This document shows positions 1-13,345 of a stretch of 64,000 nt of DNA, piece after piece. Source of the stretch: Octopus sinensis (lineage: Eukaryota); assembly GCF_006345805.1 (NCBI RefSeq), contig NC_042998.1, positions 2,852,001 to 2,916,000 of the forward strand. Reading direction: 5' to 3'. Within the stretch, counting starts at the first letter, position 1. Each line of letters starts with the position of its first letter. The translations under genes and the position numbers were made by a program. The notes beneath the pieces were generated by a model. The model worked only from the letters and a program-made list of their open reading frames with translations. It had not been told where the DNA came from and did no database searches.

Positions 1-160
1 CTCTTCTTTTGAATTGAAGTCACTTATTGAATTTATCTCTGCTGGAATGCTTTAAAGCCATGAGAATTGAGGATCAAGAATCTTAATTAAGATGATCAGG
101 TCAATCAAGAATTTTAATATTGGTTACTTACATTGGCACCATGCCACAAATTTACACAAA

Positions 161-371
161 TTAAACCCTTTAGCATTCAGAATACTCTATCAGAAGTAAT
201 AGTTATATATTCACATATTTTTAATTAGTCATGTAGTATCTCATAGCTTCAAGATTTCAATAACGTGATTGTTTTATTTTTAGAATTGTATTGTAGGATA
301 GGTGTGAAAGGCCAGGTCTGGCTGGTTTGAACATAAAGCAGATATAGCCAGTTTGAATTCTAAGGTGTTAA
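161..371. mobile_element. TTAA-flanked piggyBac-like MITE (family also at 26273-26490 and 56027-56258)
   Basis: Seen: TTAAACCCTTTAGCATT start and decayed inverted end; the interior is the reverse complement of the other two copies. Confidence 0.6.
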
Positions 372-802
372 ATTCAACCAACATTCCTAGTATTTTTTTT
401 TTAATTATTAATTTCAAAGAGAAAGGAAATGTAATGGAACTTGATGTAACACAAGGTGTACTGTTCTGATTCTGTCATTCCCTACTCTCAATCTAGAATA
501 TATTTAAAAAAAGAGAAAAAACAAAGAGCTGAAGAGGAATAAATATATCATAAGAGCTAATTCAAATATAATTTGTGATATGAAATTCCAGCACAGAATA
601 TGATCTTTCATTGATTGGCTGACATCATTTACTTCTATGACAGTTAAAATCAAGTTAAAAACCATCTCAGAGATCTTTTAATGAATGTGATGATTTTGGA
701 TTGTGACAGAAACTATAAATACAAATTTCAGAATCTGAAATATATTCCAACAAAAAAAATTACTAGAAATAAAATTTTAACCTAAGAAACTTGCAGAGAT
801 CA

Positions 803-852
<50 letters not shown>

Positions 853-1219
853 GAAAGAGAGAGAGAAGGAATGCTTACAGACATGCACAGATTGAGAAAA
901 AAAGGGGGAAAAATTGTGTATAATATTGTATGCATCACACAAAGGAAGGGTTCCAGATTCAACAGAAAGGTTAAATCTCTTTAGAACAAACATATGCACA
1001 TTCAAAAGAATAGATATCTATCATTATTATACACACACAAACATGCAAGTATTTAAATATATATAATGTTCACTTATACAGATTCAAATATATTACACAC
1101 ACTGGCATCACATGCCACACATGTATGTATGTTTATACATTTAGATAACATACACACACACATATATGCATGTACATGAATACAAGTCAGTATAAATGAA
1201 AATCTTTGCACATATACAT

Positions 1220-1269
<50 letters not shown>

Positions 1270-2543
1270 CAACAGGTGTGTATGTGGGAGCACTTGTATA
1301 TCAGAAGCTATGCAAATGAGATGAATGGCAGATAAGGTAGGAGAAATCTAGAAGAAAAAGAAAGAGATTAAAGAAAGTGGAATTTATATGAGAGGGGAGA
1401 GAGAGAGAGAGAGAGAGAGATAAAGAATGTGTGCACACGCTCATACATGTACACATACATGCATGGTCACGTGCACATGTATGCATATGTATATGTGCAT
1501 GAAAGGAACAAATATAAACAACTTAATAAACAGTCAGAAAATAATTAAGAGAGAGCAGCAAAATGGAGAGGAAGAGGATAGGGAGGGAGGGAGAGTGAGA
1601 GAGACAAAATATTGGCAAATGACAGAGAGAAAGAAGAGAAAGAAGGAAAATACAGAGACAACGAAAACTGTCATGAAACAGGAAAACGTGAAATCTTAAG
1701 TTATAAAAGGAAAGATAAAAAAAAAAAAAAACATAAATTAATGTAAAAGAGAAAGAAATGATATGGAACTGGTTTTTAAAAATCTAGGATTTCTTTTAAA
1801 AGTATTGATTCCTTATATAAAAGCACAAGCTCTTAGATTTGTAAGAGGAGGGAAATGAGTTTTTATATTTGTGCCTTTCTTAAGATCCTTTCTGATATAA
1901 GTGAAATGAAACCTCAACCTTTATCAAGAATCATCAACTCTAAATTTGGCCTATTTTAAGTTTTTTTCTATAGCAAAATATCCCAAATTTATCTTTGTCA
2001 TGGAAATCATGATGTTTTGTTTTTTTAAGACATCACCACTCTTGCCACCCAATTTTAATAATTTTAATTTGTTTCAATGAAACAAAATTCATTTTAGCCA
2101 GAAAACTTATTTAGATATATACAGATGTGTGTGTGTGTAGGAACAGACCTGGCCGTGTGGTAAGAAGTTTACTTCCCAATCATATGGTTCTGGGTTCAGT
2201 CCCACTGCATGGCACCATGTCCGAGTTTCTTCTACTATTGCCTTGGTCCAACCAAAACCTTACGAGTGGACTTGGTGAAAGAAGCCCTTTGTGTGTGTGT
2301 ATGTGTGTCCATGTCCCACTACTGCTTGATAACCAGTGTTGGTGTATTTATGTTCCTGTAACTTAGCAGTTCAGCAAAAGAAGCTGATAAAATAAGTATG
2401 AGGCTTAATAAAAAAAAAAATAAGTACTGGGCTTGATTTGTCTTGCTAAAATTCTTACAGTACCCCAAAACAAGGCTGTAGTCAAATGACTGAAACAAGT
2501 AGGAAATAAAAGAGATATGCATATGTGCGGGGGCGTAGGTGGT

Positions 2544-2578
<35 letters not shown>

Positions 2579-3290
2579 TATATACAAGAAATTTTCATCA
2601 ACTGATGTAATGTAATAGGTATGTAGTATGAGTGCTTAGTTTGGTTTACTATAAAAACTCCAGTTTGAACTATAATTGAAAAATGTGTTGCTGAGGAGAA
2701 TGCCAATCAAAGGCAACTAGAAGTGGTTTCTCCTTAAGCGGGTGGAAATAGTTTAAAATAGAAAATGAAAGAGCAAAACATTTAGCATCACTCAAGAAAA
2801 CATTTAATTTGGATAGAGAATATAAATAGTCTCCAACAGCTGTTTCTAGAGGAGCCAAGCATGTGGATCATTATATTGAGTAAGGATTCTATAAACTATG
2901 TATTCCGTTATCAGAGATAGAGAAATCAAGAACTATAAAAATGAAGAATATCCCCCAATCAATGATAGTAGTACTTTCCAGTTTATCAAAAGGCAAGGGA
3001 AGGATCAAAGTGAAAAGTGTGTTCACATATATATATATATATATACAGAATAAGAGGAGACACATGGGATAGAGAGTTATTGAAGAGGTCACAAAATGTG
3101 TGACAAAAGAACTTTGACTAAGAAACTAAAATAATATTAACAAAGCTGAAGTGAAGACCAAATATATAGTTTGTGTATATAATTTGCAAGTATAACAATC
3201 TGTTTCAACATACGACTTCACATCAAGAATCTTGCATAACAAATACATAAACATAATAATGATTTTTTATTTATATATATATATATATAA

Positions 3291-3435
3291 TGTATGGCTC
3301 AATGGTTAGAGCATTGGGGTCACAACCATGATATAGTGAGTTCGATTCCCAAACTGGATTGTGTGTTGTGCTCTTAGGCAAGACACTTTATTTCACATTG
3401 CTCAAGTTCACTCATCTGTAAAAATGAGTTGCAAC
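3291..3435 (+). mobile_element. tRNA-derived SINE head, family D (also about 10480-10620 - and 39640-39765 -)
   Basis: Seen: TGGCTCAATGGTTAGAGC A box and GAGTTCGATTCCC B box followed by GCAAGACACTTTATTTCAC. It does not form a complete tRNA cloverleaf. Confidence 0.65.
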
Positions 3436-3977
3436 TCTAGGCATAGGCATGGCTGCAAAGTTAAGAAACTCACTTTGCAACCACATGGTTTTGGGTTCAG
3501 TCCCATTGTCAGCACCTTGGGAAAATGTCTTCTGCAACAAGCAAATAGTAAATATATATAAATAAATAAAATATAAATAGATTTTGAAATTTAACAAAAA
3601 GACTCCTTATCTTGCAGAACCCCAGAAATTTTTCATGGACCCCTATTTATGAAACACTGTTCCATGTTACTCACCACAGTTGACCAATAATATTGGTTAA
3701 ACTAGAATAGATTAGACTGAGCTATTTTTGTTGTTGTTCTTGCCTAGTTTCACATCAGCACCCAAAGACATCATAAACACGATTATCACTTCTTCTTCAC
3801 AAGCACATTATCCAAGATTTTCATTTTTTATCGTATTTTAATCTAGTAGGTGAAATGGGTGAGATTTGCCTGCTATTTCTCACAAATATAGTGACACTGA
3901 TAGACTTCATGATTTTTTGGGAGTGTTTTAGTTGAGGTTTTTTCTTTTCTTTTCTTTTTTTTTGTAAGCTTTCTTGG

Positions 3978-4038
3978 ATGTGACATGTTGGCACTAATGT
4001 GACATGTTGGCACTAATGTGACATGTTGGCACTAATGT
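3978..4038. repeat. 19-bp tandem repeat x3 (ATGTGACATGTTGGCACTA)
   Basis: Seen: three perfect copies plus a partial one. Confidence 0.95.
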
Positions 4039-4736
4039 TATCATAATCACCATAACTTCTTGAAAGTTGAGTGATATTAAAGAAAGCATATGCAAAGCTA
4101 AATATAATTTTTACCACAACAATTTATAAGTGTTTAAGTTTGTAGTAAAATTCTAACTAAAGATCCTAACACACACCTAAATACATACACACATACATAC
4201 GCACAATCTTACATACACGCATATACACATTGATCATCTAATACAAGATTCACATCACATGAACATGTTTAGCCCAGGGTCAACCACAAGAACTATGATC
4301 AAAAGCATTCTTTCTGCAATGACCCAGGCTTTCTAGCAGTATGTAGTACTACAATCCTTTCCTCATTTAAGACAGTAGAATGTGATTTGATGGAGAATAC
4401 TTGCTATTTTTAGCAGGTCAAGCCACCATACAGAAGTTTCCTCAGTTCTCTGTCATTAAACTTGCATAGATGTGCAACAATTGTGCACCACAGTGCAGAA
4501 ACACTGTCAGTCTCAACACCGTTAGTTATGTATGTTGCAGGTGTAATTGTGTAAGCTTCCTGCTTACAAGCGCAACACATTTCGCTGCTAAATGTGCATG
4601 ACTGTGGCATTAAATTGCACTGATGCATCTAAACATGTTTATAGAAGATAGATACAAGTGAGTGTAAACTAATACTATTTTGTCTGGATATGGGGGTGGG
4701 CTTGAGTGGGTGAATATACATACGTGTACATACATA

Positions 4737-4785
<49 letters not shown>

Positions 4786-4843
4786 AAAAATAAAACATAT
4801 GCATATATATATACATACATATATGTACATACCTACATCTATA

Positions 4844-5057
4844 TACTCTTTACTCTTTTACTTGTTTCAGTCATTTGACTGCGGCCATGCTGGAGCACCG
4901 CCTTTAGTCGAGCAAATCGACTCCGGGACTTATTCTTTGTAAGCCCAGTACTTATTCTATCGGTCTCTTTTGCCGAACTGCTAAGTTACGGGGACGTAAA
5001 CACACCAGCATCGGTTGTCAAGCAATGCTAGGGGGACAAACACAGACACACAAACAC

Positions 5058-5121
<64 letters not shown>

Positions 5122-5284
5122 GACGGGCTTCTTTCAGTTTCCGTCTACCAAATCCACTCACAAGGCATTGGTCGGCCCGGGGCTATAGCAGAAGACACTT
5201 GCCCAAGATGCCACGCAGTGGGACTGAACCCGGAACCATGTGGTTGGTTAGCAAGCTACTTACCACACAGCCACTCCTGCGCCT
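4844..5284 (-). mobile_element. Full-length tRNA-derived SINE, family A (octopus-type), with internal (TA)n
   Basis: Seen: head AGGCGCAGGAGTGGCTGTGTGG (A box) and GGTTCAGTCCC (B box), with an (AAAGAGT)-repeat tail. There are many copies in the window. Confidence 0.88.
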
Positions 5285-5726
5285 ATAAATATATATAAAA
5301 GCAAATACGCACACACACACACACACACGTGCCCATACATGCATGCTTTCCGACAGTGTCATCGAGTGCAACTGAACCCAAAACCCACATGGCTTCAAAG
5401 TAAGCTTCTTAACCACACAGCCGTACTGGCACCATTAAACTATAAATCGACAAAACAAACAAACAAACAACCCAACCAATCTCAACCAATGAAAAGTCAG
5501 CTTAACTGATAACCTATCAATATCGTTTTGTTTTTTTCCAGAGTCCATTTTGTTGTTATCAGAAGAAGCACATGTGATACGAAACTGAGTAGTAATGGAG
5601 TCAGTCACCAACTGATTTATAAGAAATATTAAATACACACCATGTATTGCGTACTTTTTCTTTGTTTATATATATATATTGAGAATAATATATTCTCATA
5701 TATGTGTGTGTGTGTATGTATGTATG

Positions 5727-5812
<86 letters not shown>

Positions 5813-5970
5813 CAGTAAAACAATTAAGATTCAAGTGAATTCCAATGAATTCACATGAATATGGTTCTTAACTTAGATGCACCAGAAATCTTTATGGTAT
5901 TAACCATAAAATAATGTGGGGTGATTATAAACAAGAAAAAAGCAACAAGAATGGATTAGTTGTGTGTGTG

Positions 5971-6001
<31 letters not shown>

Positions 6002-6093
6002 GTATTCTCCTATAATGTTGACATCCATCTACAAACTGAGAATAAACCGTTGATGATGGGAAAGCAATCTGTTCTTTATGCTTTGAAGAATGT

Positions 6094-6255
6094 AGATGCA
6101 GGTAAAACTGTGTGGTAAGAAACTTGCTTCCGAACCACATGGCTCTGGGTTCAGGCCCCACGGCATGGCACCTTGTGCAAGTGTCTTCTCTTATAGCCTC
6201 AGGTTAGCTGAAGTCTTGTGGGTGGGTCTGATAGACAGAAACTGAAAGAAGTCCG

Positions 6256-6287
<32 letters not shown>

Positions 6288-6520
6288 ATGTGCACGCTCG
6301 TCTCTTTGTGCCTCAGTTTGTCCCTCACCACCGCTTGACAGCCAGTGTTATGTTTATGTCCCCATAACTTAGTGGTTCAGCAAAAGAGACTGATAGAATA
6401 AGTACCAGGTTTTAAAAAAAATAAGCACTGGGGTCAATTTATTCGACTACAAAATTCTTCAAGGCAGTGCCCCAGCATGGCCACAGTCTAATGACTGAAA
6501 CAAGTAAAAGATAATAGATA
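6094..6520 (+). mobile_element. Older SINE family A-related copy (similar older copies at about 2138-2512 +, 23570-23920 +, 28790-29180 -, 38918-39305 +, 46690-46930 +, 61845-62190 -)
   Basis: Seen: diverged head (CTGTGTGGTAAGAAACTTGC...GGGTTCAGGCCC) and tail (ATGACTGAAACAAGTAAAAGAT). Confidence 0.75.
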
Positions 6521-6522
6521 CA

Positions 6523-6886
6523 GATGCCAAGATTTGTACCTTATGCCTCAATGCAAAAAGAAAAAAATCTGATAGTGTAATCAAGTACATGAGGTTGAAA
6601 GATTTCTTCTATGAAAAAGAAACCACTGGAATACCTACACATGAATATGGATTCAAAGCATGAAAACATATCCTCTCTATCTTTATCTCTCTTCCACCCC
6701 AACCCAACAAAAAGAGGAAGAAAATTAAGGAACTTGAAAACTTCAAATCAGATCTCATCAATTTGATAAGTTATGACTCCAACACCACATCAAAGCTCTT
6801 CTAAAACGCTATGAACAACTACATGAAATTTCTCATGCAAACCTCCAATGCCTACATCTGTAGATAAAGCAATGTGTGTGTGTGTG

Positions 6887-6930
<44 letters not shown>

Positions 6931-8345
6931 AACTAAATAGCATGATACTCTGAACGTCTGGTAATAACATTATCAAAACATACAAAAAAAGGCAGCCCTA
7001 TTTCTTATAACATCATAGAACTAAACTCCCACCTAAAAATAGGAAACTCTGTAGAGTGTAATGCTATGTGCAAACTCTATATTACCCTTAAGGACCATAA
7101 GACGAACATCAAGAAACGTAAGTACAGATTAATTAACCTCTCCAAAAGCAAATTGGAATTACTAAGTAAGTATATTTGTGATGTATTTAATCTTAGAATC
7201 ACATTTCACCACCATTAAGTGGTACCACATCAGAGAAAGAAAACCTCAGTAGATTCACCCAGTTTACATAGTAAACTTCTTATTTACATAGTAAACTTCT
7301 CTTGAAAGCTCTAAAATTTGAAAGAAAATTTATTACCATTAGTAATCTTGACAATGAATTCAAGAAAGTTACTGTTATACCATGATGATTCTTACTGAAT
7401 CAAAAAGAAGAGTAGTTAGAAGTGTACTGAAATATTCAATGTTTGTTTGTCTCAAACACACTGAAGGCACACTACCCACCTCATAGGTCAAGACTCCATA
7501 CAGGCAACAGTTTAATAATACCATACAACATAAATGGTCATGCTGTTGACAGATTTAGGAAAAACCTGCACTTTAGTACTAACCTAATAATAGCTAACCT
7601 TTTAGATATTACACTACTCTTACCGAAAGTCTAACAAAGAATCCATCTACATACACAAGAATTCCTATTCGAATTTAGATTTCTTATGGACAGCATAAGT
7701 AGAAGAATATCCAACATAACCTCAGGCATGAACATATTCAACAGGGCCACCTTCTATTACACTGATGCACAAGTAAGATGTGATTGTAGTGAGTATAAAG
7801 AACACACTACACACCAGCAGAACCAGAAAAGAGGAAAGAGAAAGTAATCAGGTGTAGATTACTGTTTAACATGAAAGTAGCCAACAGCATAACCAGGAAT
7901 TTCTAAGATGCAATTTCCCACTAAACAATTACAAAGAACTCTTCAAAACTAATAATATTCAGGATAAGACCAAAGCATAATATATGCACCTATAGAACTC
8001 TCACTCCAACAACCAAACTATAATTGTATGAGCCCCTCAATATGCTTGAGAGGAATAACTAATGACTCACTACAAACACATTCAAAAACCAATACAACCA
8101 CCATTTACATTCATTCAGGTCAAGGGACAAGAACTCCACACCCTCCTTCCATTTCATTCGGAAACTAATATACTACAGATCTGAACATTCCCTAATAATC
8201 TGAAACATTGCAATCAAAGCTACCTCCTACAACACCGAATGCCTAAACTATACCTGAGCATTTCACATCCTAAGACAACTAGAATATTGATAAGATCTTA
8301 AGTATTATCCATTTTCAGTAAGTGGAGACTATTCTTTCTGACAAC
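6523..8345 (+). mobile_element. Decayed Penelope-like retroelement ORF (RT plus GIY-YIG endonuclease remnants)
   Basis: Seen: broken translations YITLKDHKTNIKKRKYRLINLSKSKL (about 7080-7160), IFNRATFYY, NTFKNQYNHHLHSFRSRDKNST, IIWNIAIKATSYN and a terminal SKWR. These match the PLE motifs LKDHK...RLINP.KS and TFK.RY..H..SF (established family knowledge). There are many stops and frameshifts, and a (TG)/(TA) insertion at 6873-6928. Confidence 0.75.
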
Positions 8346-8733
8346 TTCCACCTGTCTGAAATTACCATAAAACTGCTATAGTCATTATCGCAAGCATTGT
8401 AGAGTAGCTGTTCCCGATACTTGCACATCACACCTGAGCATTTTCATACATTATACTAGCTAAAACCAGCAGTAACAGCTTCACCTGCAACATAAAGAAT
8501 CACTTGACCAATCTCAACCAATGAGAAGTGGCTTAACCAGTCTCCATTAACACATCTATTTCTCCCAGTTTATGTCATCAATGATGAATGAATCTACAAG
8601 GTACAAAACTGAGTAGCAATAGAATAAATCATTAACCGATTCTTGATAAAGTCTATGCCACATAACAAGCATATGCATAAATGCTTTATATATATATATG
8701 CAAGCAAATATGTATAAATAGGCTTATACTTTA

Positions 8734-9246
8734 CTAGCAGTATCGCCCGGCGTTGCTCGGGTTTGTAAGGGAAATAACTATATAAGCATTTTTAGAGAGT
8801 TACTTCCCTTATAGATGTCAGTTCGGGCTTTCTTAGCCATTTCTGTTTTGGTGTCTTCAAGCCATGAAGTCGTTGTTCTAAAAGAACGCTGGTCTCCTTG
8901 ACAACGCTTTACAACGTTGATTTCCTTACACTCCCTTCCCCACAGCTTCACGAGGGAGGGAAGAAGGGGGACAAGCAAACAGGTGCAGGTGTGACCATGG
9001 ACGCCAACTCCGCCGCCATCGACACACGAAAAATTATGCATTAAAATGGAATAAAAAATGATGTTAAATTATTTTTAAAACCGTAGACTCATCGTAGACG
9101 CGCGCTAATACTCAGACGGGCTCGATATGAATCACGACTATAAGATACCCGAATTTGATTAAACTGCACCGCAAAATGTGGGAGTAGTTAGGAATCTAAA
9201 TCGAAGGGGATAGACACTCACACAACTACAGTTTTATATATATAGA
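8734..9246 (-). mobile_element. Non-autonomous Helitron (513 bp)
   Basis: Seen on the minus strand: 5' TCTATATATATAAAAC, 3' hairpin CCCGAGCAACGCCGGG followed by CGATACTGCTAG, inserted between A and T. These are canonical Helitron termini. Confidence 0.8.
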
Positions 9247-9250
9247 TATA

Positions 9251-9624
9251 TCTTATATAAAATCCATTCTGTCTGTCTGAGTGTGTGTGCGTGGCTTCTA
9301 GGGTCTCGGGCATCCTCCATCTGACTGCGCTCAAATTTGTTATGTAGATACCGATGGTATCAGGGCATGTATAAGTCTTGAAAAATATTACAAAAATTTG
9401 TTCCAGGTGAGAATGCAATCAATAAAGCCGTGGGGAAATCGTTTTTCTTTGGAATAGAAAAAAAAGTCTCTCTTTATTTCTTTTGCTGGTGTCTCAAATT
9501 TAGGTTAAATCAGTGTTTCTGAAAGGGGAGGCCTATGGGACAGTCGGACAAGTTGTTTTAAGAAAATTTGGTTCAAATGTTTGACAACTCAGCACCATCC
9601 ATTGGATGAGGGGCGTTTTGCTTG
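9251..9624 (+). mobile_element. Older non-autonomous Helitron-like element, head-to-head with 8734-9246
   Basis: Seen: A|TCTTATATAAAATCC...TGTCTGTCTG start; 3' hairpin CATCC-ATT-GGATG then GGGCGTTTTGCTTG|T (CTAG decayed to CTTG). Confidence 0.5.
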
Positions 9625-10214
9625 TGTATATATATATAAAATTAATTAATATAAACAGTTAAGCACAAGATGACACTGTAATGAAAAATTCAATCATCAC
9701 TAAGTATGGCTAAGGGTGTCAATGCACCTACATTGCTAGCAATAAGAGTTAAAATACTCTTAATCCTGTAGGAAGAGTGCAAATACATATATATATATAT
9801 CATCATCATCATATATATATATATATATTACACACATAAAGTATGTCTATAATTAGTTGATGTACTTACGTAGCAGGATAACTTAGAGAAGCACTATAAT
9901 CCAGTCCCAGTACCTTACATTCCAGATAGATCTACTTGATACCCTGTGAGTTATAAGGGTGTGAGTGCAAACACAGATTATCCACTTAAGCATGAAAATT
10001 ATCAGCTATTTGGAATGGTTAAAATAATTCTAAAGAGCTAATAGTGTGTGTGTGTGTGTGAAATCAGTGTCATCAGTGCTGTCTTTCTGTTTTATAACTT
10101 AGTGGTTTGACAATAAGAGTCAATAAAGTACTGACTCAATATGTTCCACTAAAACCTAATGAGGGTGGTAATCCAGCATAGCTGCAGTCCAGGAACAAAA
10201 GAAGTGAATACACA

Positions 10215-10245
<31 letters not shown>

Positions 10246-12544
10246 CCACACACACCCACACACACACATGCTTGTGCTTTCAAAAAAATGCTTAACCTTC
10301 ACTCACCAGAAATTATGACCTGATAACATGTAACATGTTTTCCCTAATTTATTTAGGCAACAACACAATCACGAGCAAAGACAATTCTTCAGCCTAGATA
10401 TCTTTGACACTGAAGAACATTAAGGATGTAACTGCTGGAAGAAGAAACAGCTGCTGCTCCTACAGCAGGTTGATAATCAGAGAGCCATTGAGGAGACTGG
10501 AGCACCATAAATCGAAGTGCTTTGCTCAAAGTACAACATGCTGCCCAATCCAAAAATCGAACCCAAGATTTTAATTGTGAGCCCAACATCCTAACCACTA
10601 CGTCAAAGACCTTCACACCTATAGGCATATCTCGTTTACTCGTTTACTTGTTTCAGTCATTTGACTGCGGCCATGCTGGAGCACTGCCTTATATCTATAC
10701 TTACAGAGACCTACACACACATACAAATATTATTTAATAACAGATTCAACTCCATATCTCATCAACAAGCTAGGGTTGTACTACAAGACTAGGATACCTA
10801 AAGTTGCATGTAACTGAGTGTCATTTACTTTCATTTGTCCACTCGGTGTGTGTGTGTGTGTTTATAAACATCATCAACCACATATACTTAATGCATATCC
10901 ATCATGTGTTTGCCAGCAGGCTGTGATTTAGCACACAGGAGAATATCTTCTCAAAGTTTATAACAGCAGTGCTACTTCTATTTCATATTTGAATATATAT
11001 GATATAATAAAATATATAACATATAATACACACACACACACACACACATATATATACATACATACATGCTAGAAAAGGACACGATTCAACTCAGTTTTAT
11101 TGCCGTAAGTACACAGGTAGAAGTGAAGGTGAGTAAATGGTTTGCAACTACCAACAACACCATGATGTGCATATATTTCTATCGCTCATAACCTACTTAA
11201 AGACAAGAAACTTATCCCTTCTCTGCTTTTATAAACGGATAAAATAAACAATAATGCCCGTTAGGATATGGAATTTCACTCAGAGAGTTGCACGGAAGAA
11301 AGAGAACGGAAATGGTGAAGGATTAAGAAGCAGAGCCAAAGAGACACTAAGTAGAAAGGAAATGAAAAGATGGATAGTGAGAAAGTGGAAAATGGAAAAG
11401 ATGAGGAGAGAAGCAAGGAAATTCTCCTCCACAGACGAGATGCTGACAGTAATAATTAACCTCAGTATTAAACAAGACAGCCAATGAAGGAGCCTGGAAG
11501 AGGTCGTTCAGTCGATCAGCTTGAAATCTCTCTCAAACCACACTACTGTCTTTGGAAAAAAGGGAATATTTGATAATGTGTTCCTGGGTGCACCATGCTT
11601 AGTATATATATATATTTTTTTTTTTTAAATGACTATAGGCTAACTACAATTAGGACTGGTTTAGGGGTTAAACAATATCAACTTTAAAGTCAGCAGTAAA
11701 TTTATGAGCATGATGACTTGAATTTTAGCATCTTGCCTTATTTGAATAGCTCCACATGCAGACAGATGGCCATACCAATGTGATACTAAGGTGGTAGACA
11801 ACAGAAAGCGCAAATTAATTTTTGCCATGCGACCTAAATCAAATTGAGCAATAATAAAGTGATGAAGATAGAATAAAGGAGAGAGGCAGAGACAGAAAGA
11901 TGATGAAGTAAAATTCACTTAAATCTTACAAAAACAAAGAAAAAACTGAACATCTTACAAGATTAATAAAACAAAAAAAATGTTATCCAAACAAATTCTA
12001 TTTAAGACTTCATTCACAGTTCTGAAAACGCTCACTTCATTTGAACTGATAGAGTGCACTTTGTATGTTGCTGCAGTTCTTTCTTTTTTTTTCTTTTTTT
12101 CTTTTTACTGTAATGTTAAAAAGAAATACATCTCACCTGATTTTGGCAGAGAGAGTCTAATGATATATTTCAGATTTCTTTTAGAGAATACATAAACTAT
12201 CACTCTACAAGTAATACACACATTCCATGAACATATAGCAGTCATACGAGTTAACAAAGGAGCCTTTACTTTATAGCTTGATCTGCTAGAAATAGCAGGC
12301 AAGTTACCTTCAAACTACACCTAACCAACTTGACACACTGAATAAAGTAACCCTTGATAATACTGTCTGAACTAAGAAAAAAACATTGCTGAAATGTTTT
12401 TGTCAATGCTCACATAGAGCTAAGCAAGGATGACATGACAGTCATACTAAAATAATAATAATTGGTGATGGTTTTTAAAGGAAAGAAAATATTCTAAATA
12501 TGGAAAGCAATTTCCGTTTCTCTGTTGCAAAATTTCTAAAATAG

Positions 12545-12995
12545 ACATAATTCTTATTTTGGTACAAATCTAGCAATTTTGAGGGGTGGGGGAGTCAATT
12601 ACATCAACTCTGGTGCTTGACCATTACTCATTTTATCAACCCTGAAAGGTAGATAGGCAAAGTTGGCCTCGACAGAATTTGAATTAAGGACATAAAGACA
12701 GATGAAGTGCCTCTAAGCATTCTGCCCAGTGTGCCAACAATGCTGCAAGCTTGCTAAAGGCATAACAACAATAATAATAATAATAATCTTTTCTACTTTA
12801 GGCATAAGGAGTGGGGATGATTAATTACAATGACCCCAGTGCTCAAGGGATACTTATTGTATTGATTCCCAAAAGGAGGTCAGGCAAAGCCAACCTTGGA
12901 GGAATATGAACTCACAACATAAAGACAGACAAAATGCTTAGCAGCATCTTGTCTGGCATTCTAACGGTTTTGCCAGTTTGCCACAGCAACAACAA
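12545..12995 (-). mobile_element. Two tandem decayed family C SINEs (further minus copies at about 17060-17245, 38195-38420 and 52070-52290)
   Basis: Seen: reverse-complement central domain twice, separated by an (AAT)n tail. Confidence 0.7.
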
Positions 12996-13159
12996 CAACA
13001 AAAATAATAATAGAAACACACGGAAGAGAAACATACAGCTCACTCTTATCGAATATGGAGAACACGAAATCAAGACAGCAGACCCTATGTGGATGAAAAC
13101 AAGTTAGCAAATGTTAGGAAGGATATCTCTACAAATGAACAATCTGAAGGGATAGCTTT

Positions 13160-13279
13160 CTAAATGAACAATCTGGTGTGTTTATTTTAATGGCCTACCA
13201 ATGTATACAGTGACTGTTTTTTGCCCTAGGTGTCGGGAAGACACTTGGCAAGAAATGGAAACAAAACTGAAAGAAGAGG

Positions 13280-13319
<40 letters not shown>

Positions 13320-13345
13320 TAATAATAATAATAATTGTGTAACGA
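13160..13345 (+). repeat. Short LINE-3'-end-like repeat with (AAT)n tail; second copy at 49175-49328
   Basis: Seen: about 110 bp shared (TTAATGGCCTACCAATGTATAC...GCCCTAGG.GTCGGGAAGACAC...GAAAGAAGA), followed by AAT repeats in both copies. Confidence 0.7.

Noticed and set aside
3291-3365. tRNA-like A and B boxes
   Set aside because: There is no complete cloverleaf, and the sequence continues into a repeat body found elsewhere in the window. It is a SINE head, not a tRNA gene.
4410-4628. 72-aa minus ORF after a plausible acceptor
   Set aside because: It ends inside a repeat tail, has no recognisable motif and has no phase link to other exons.
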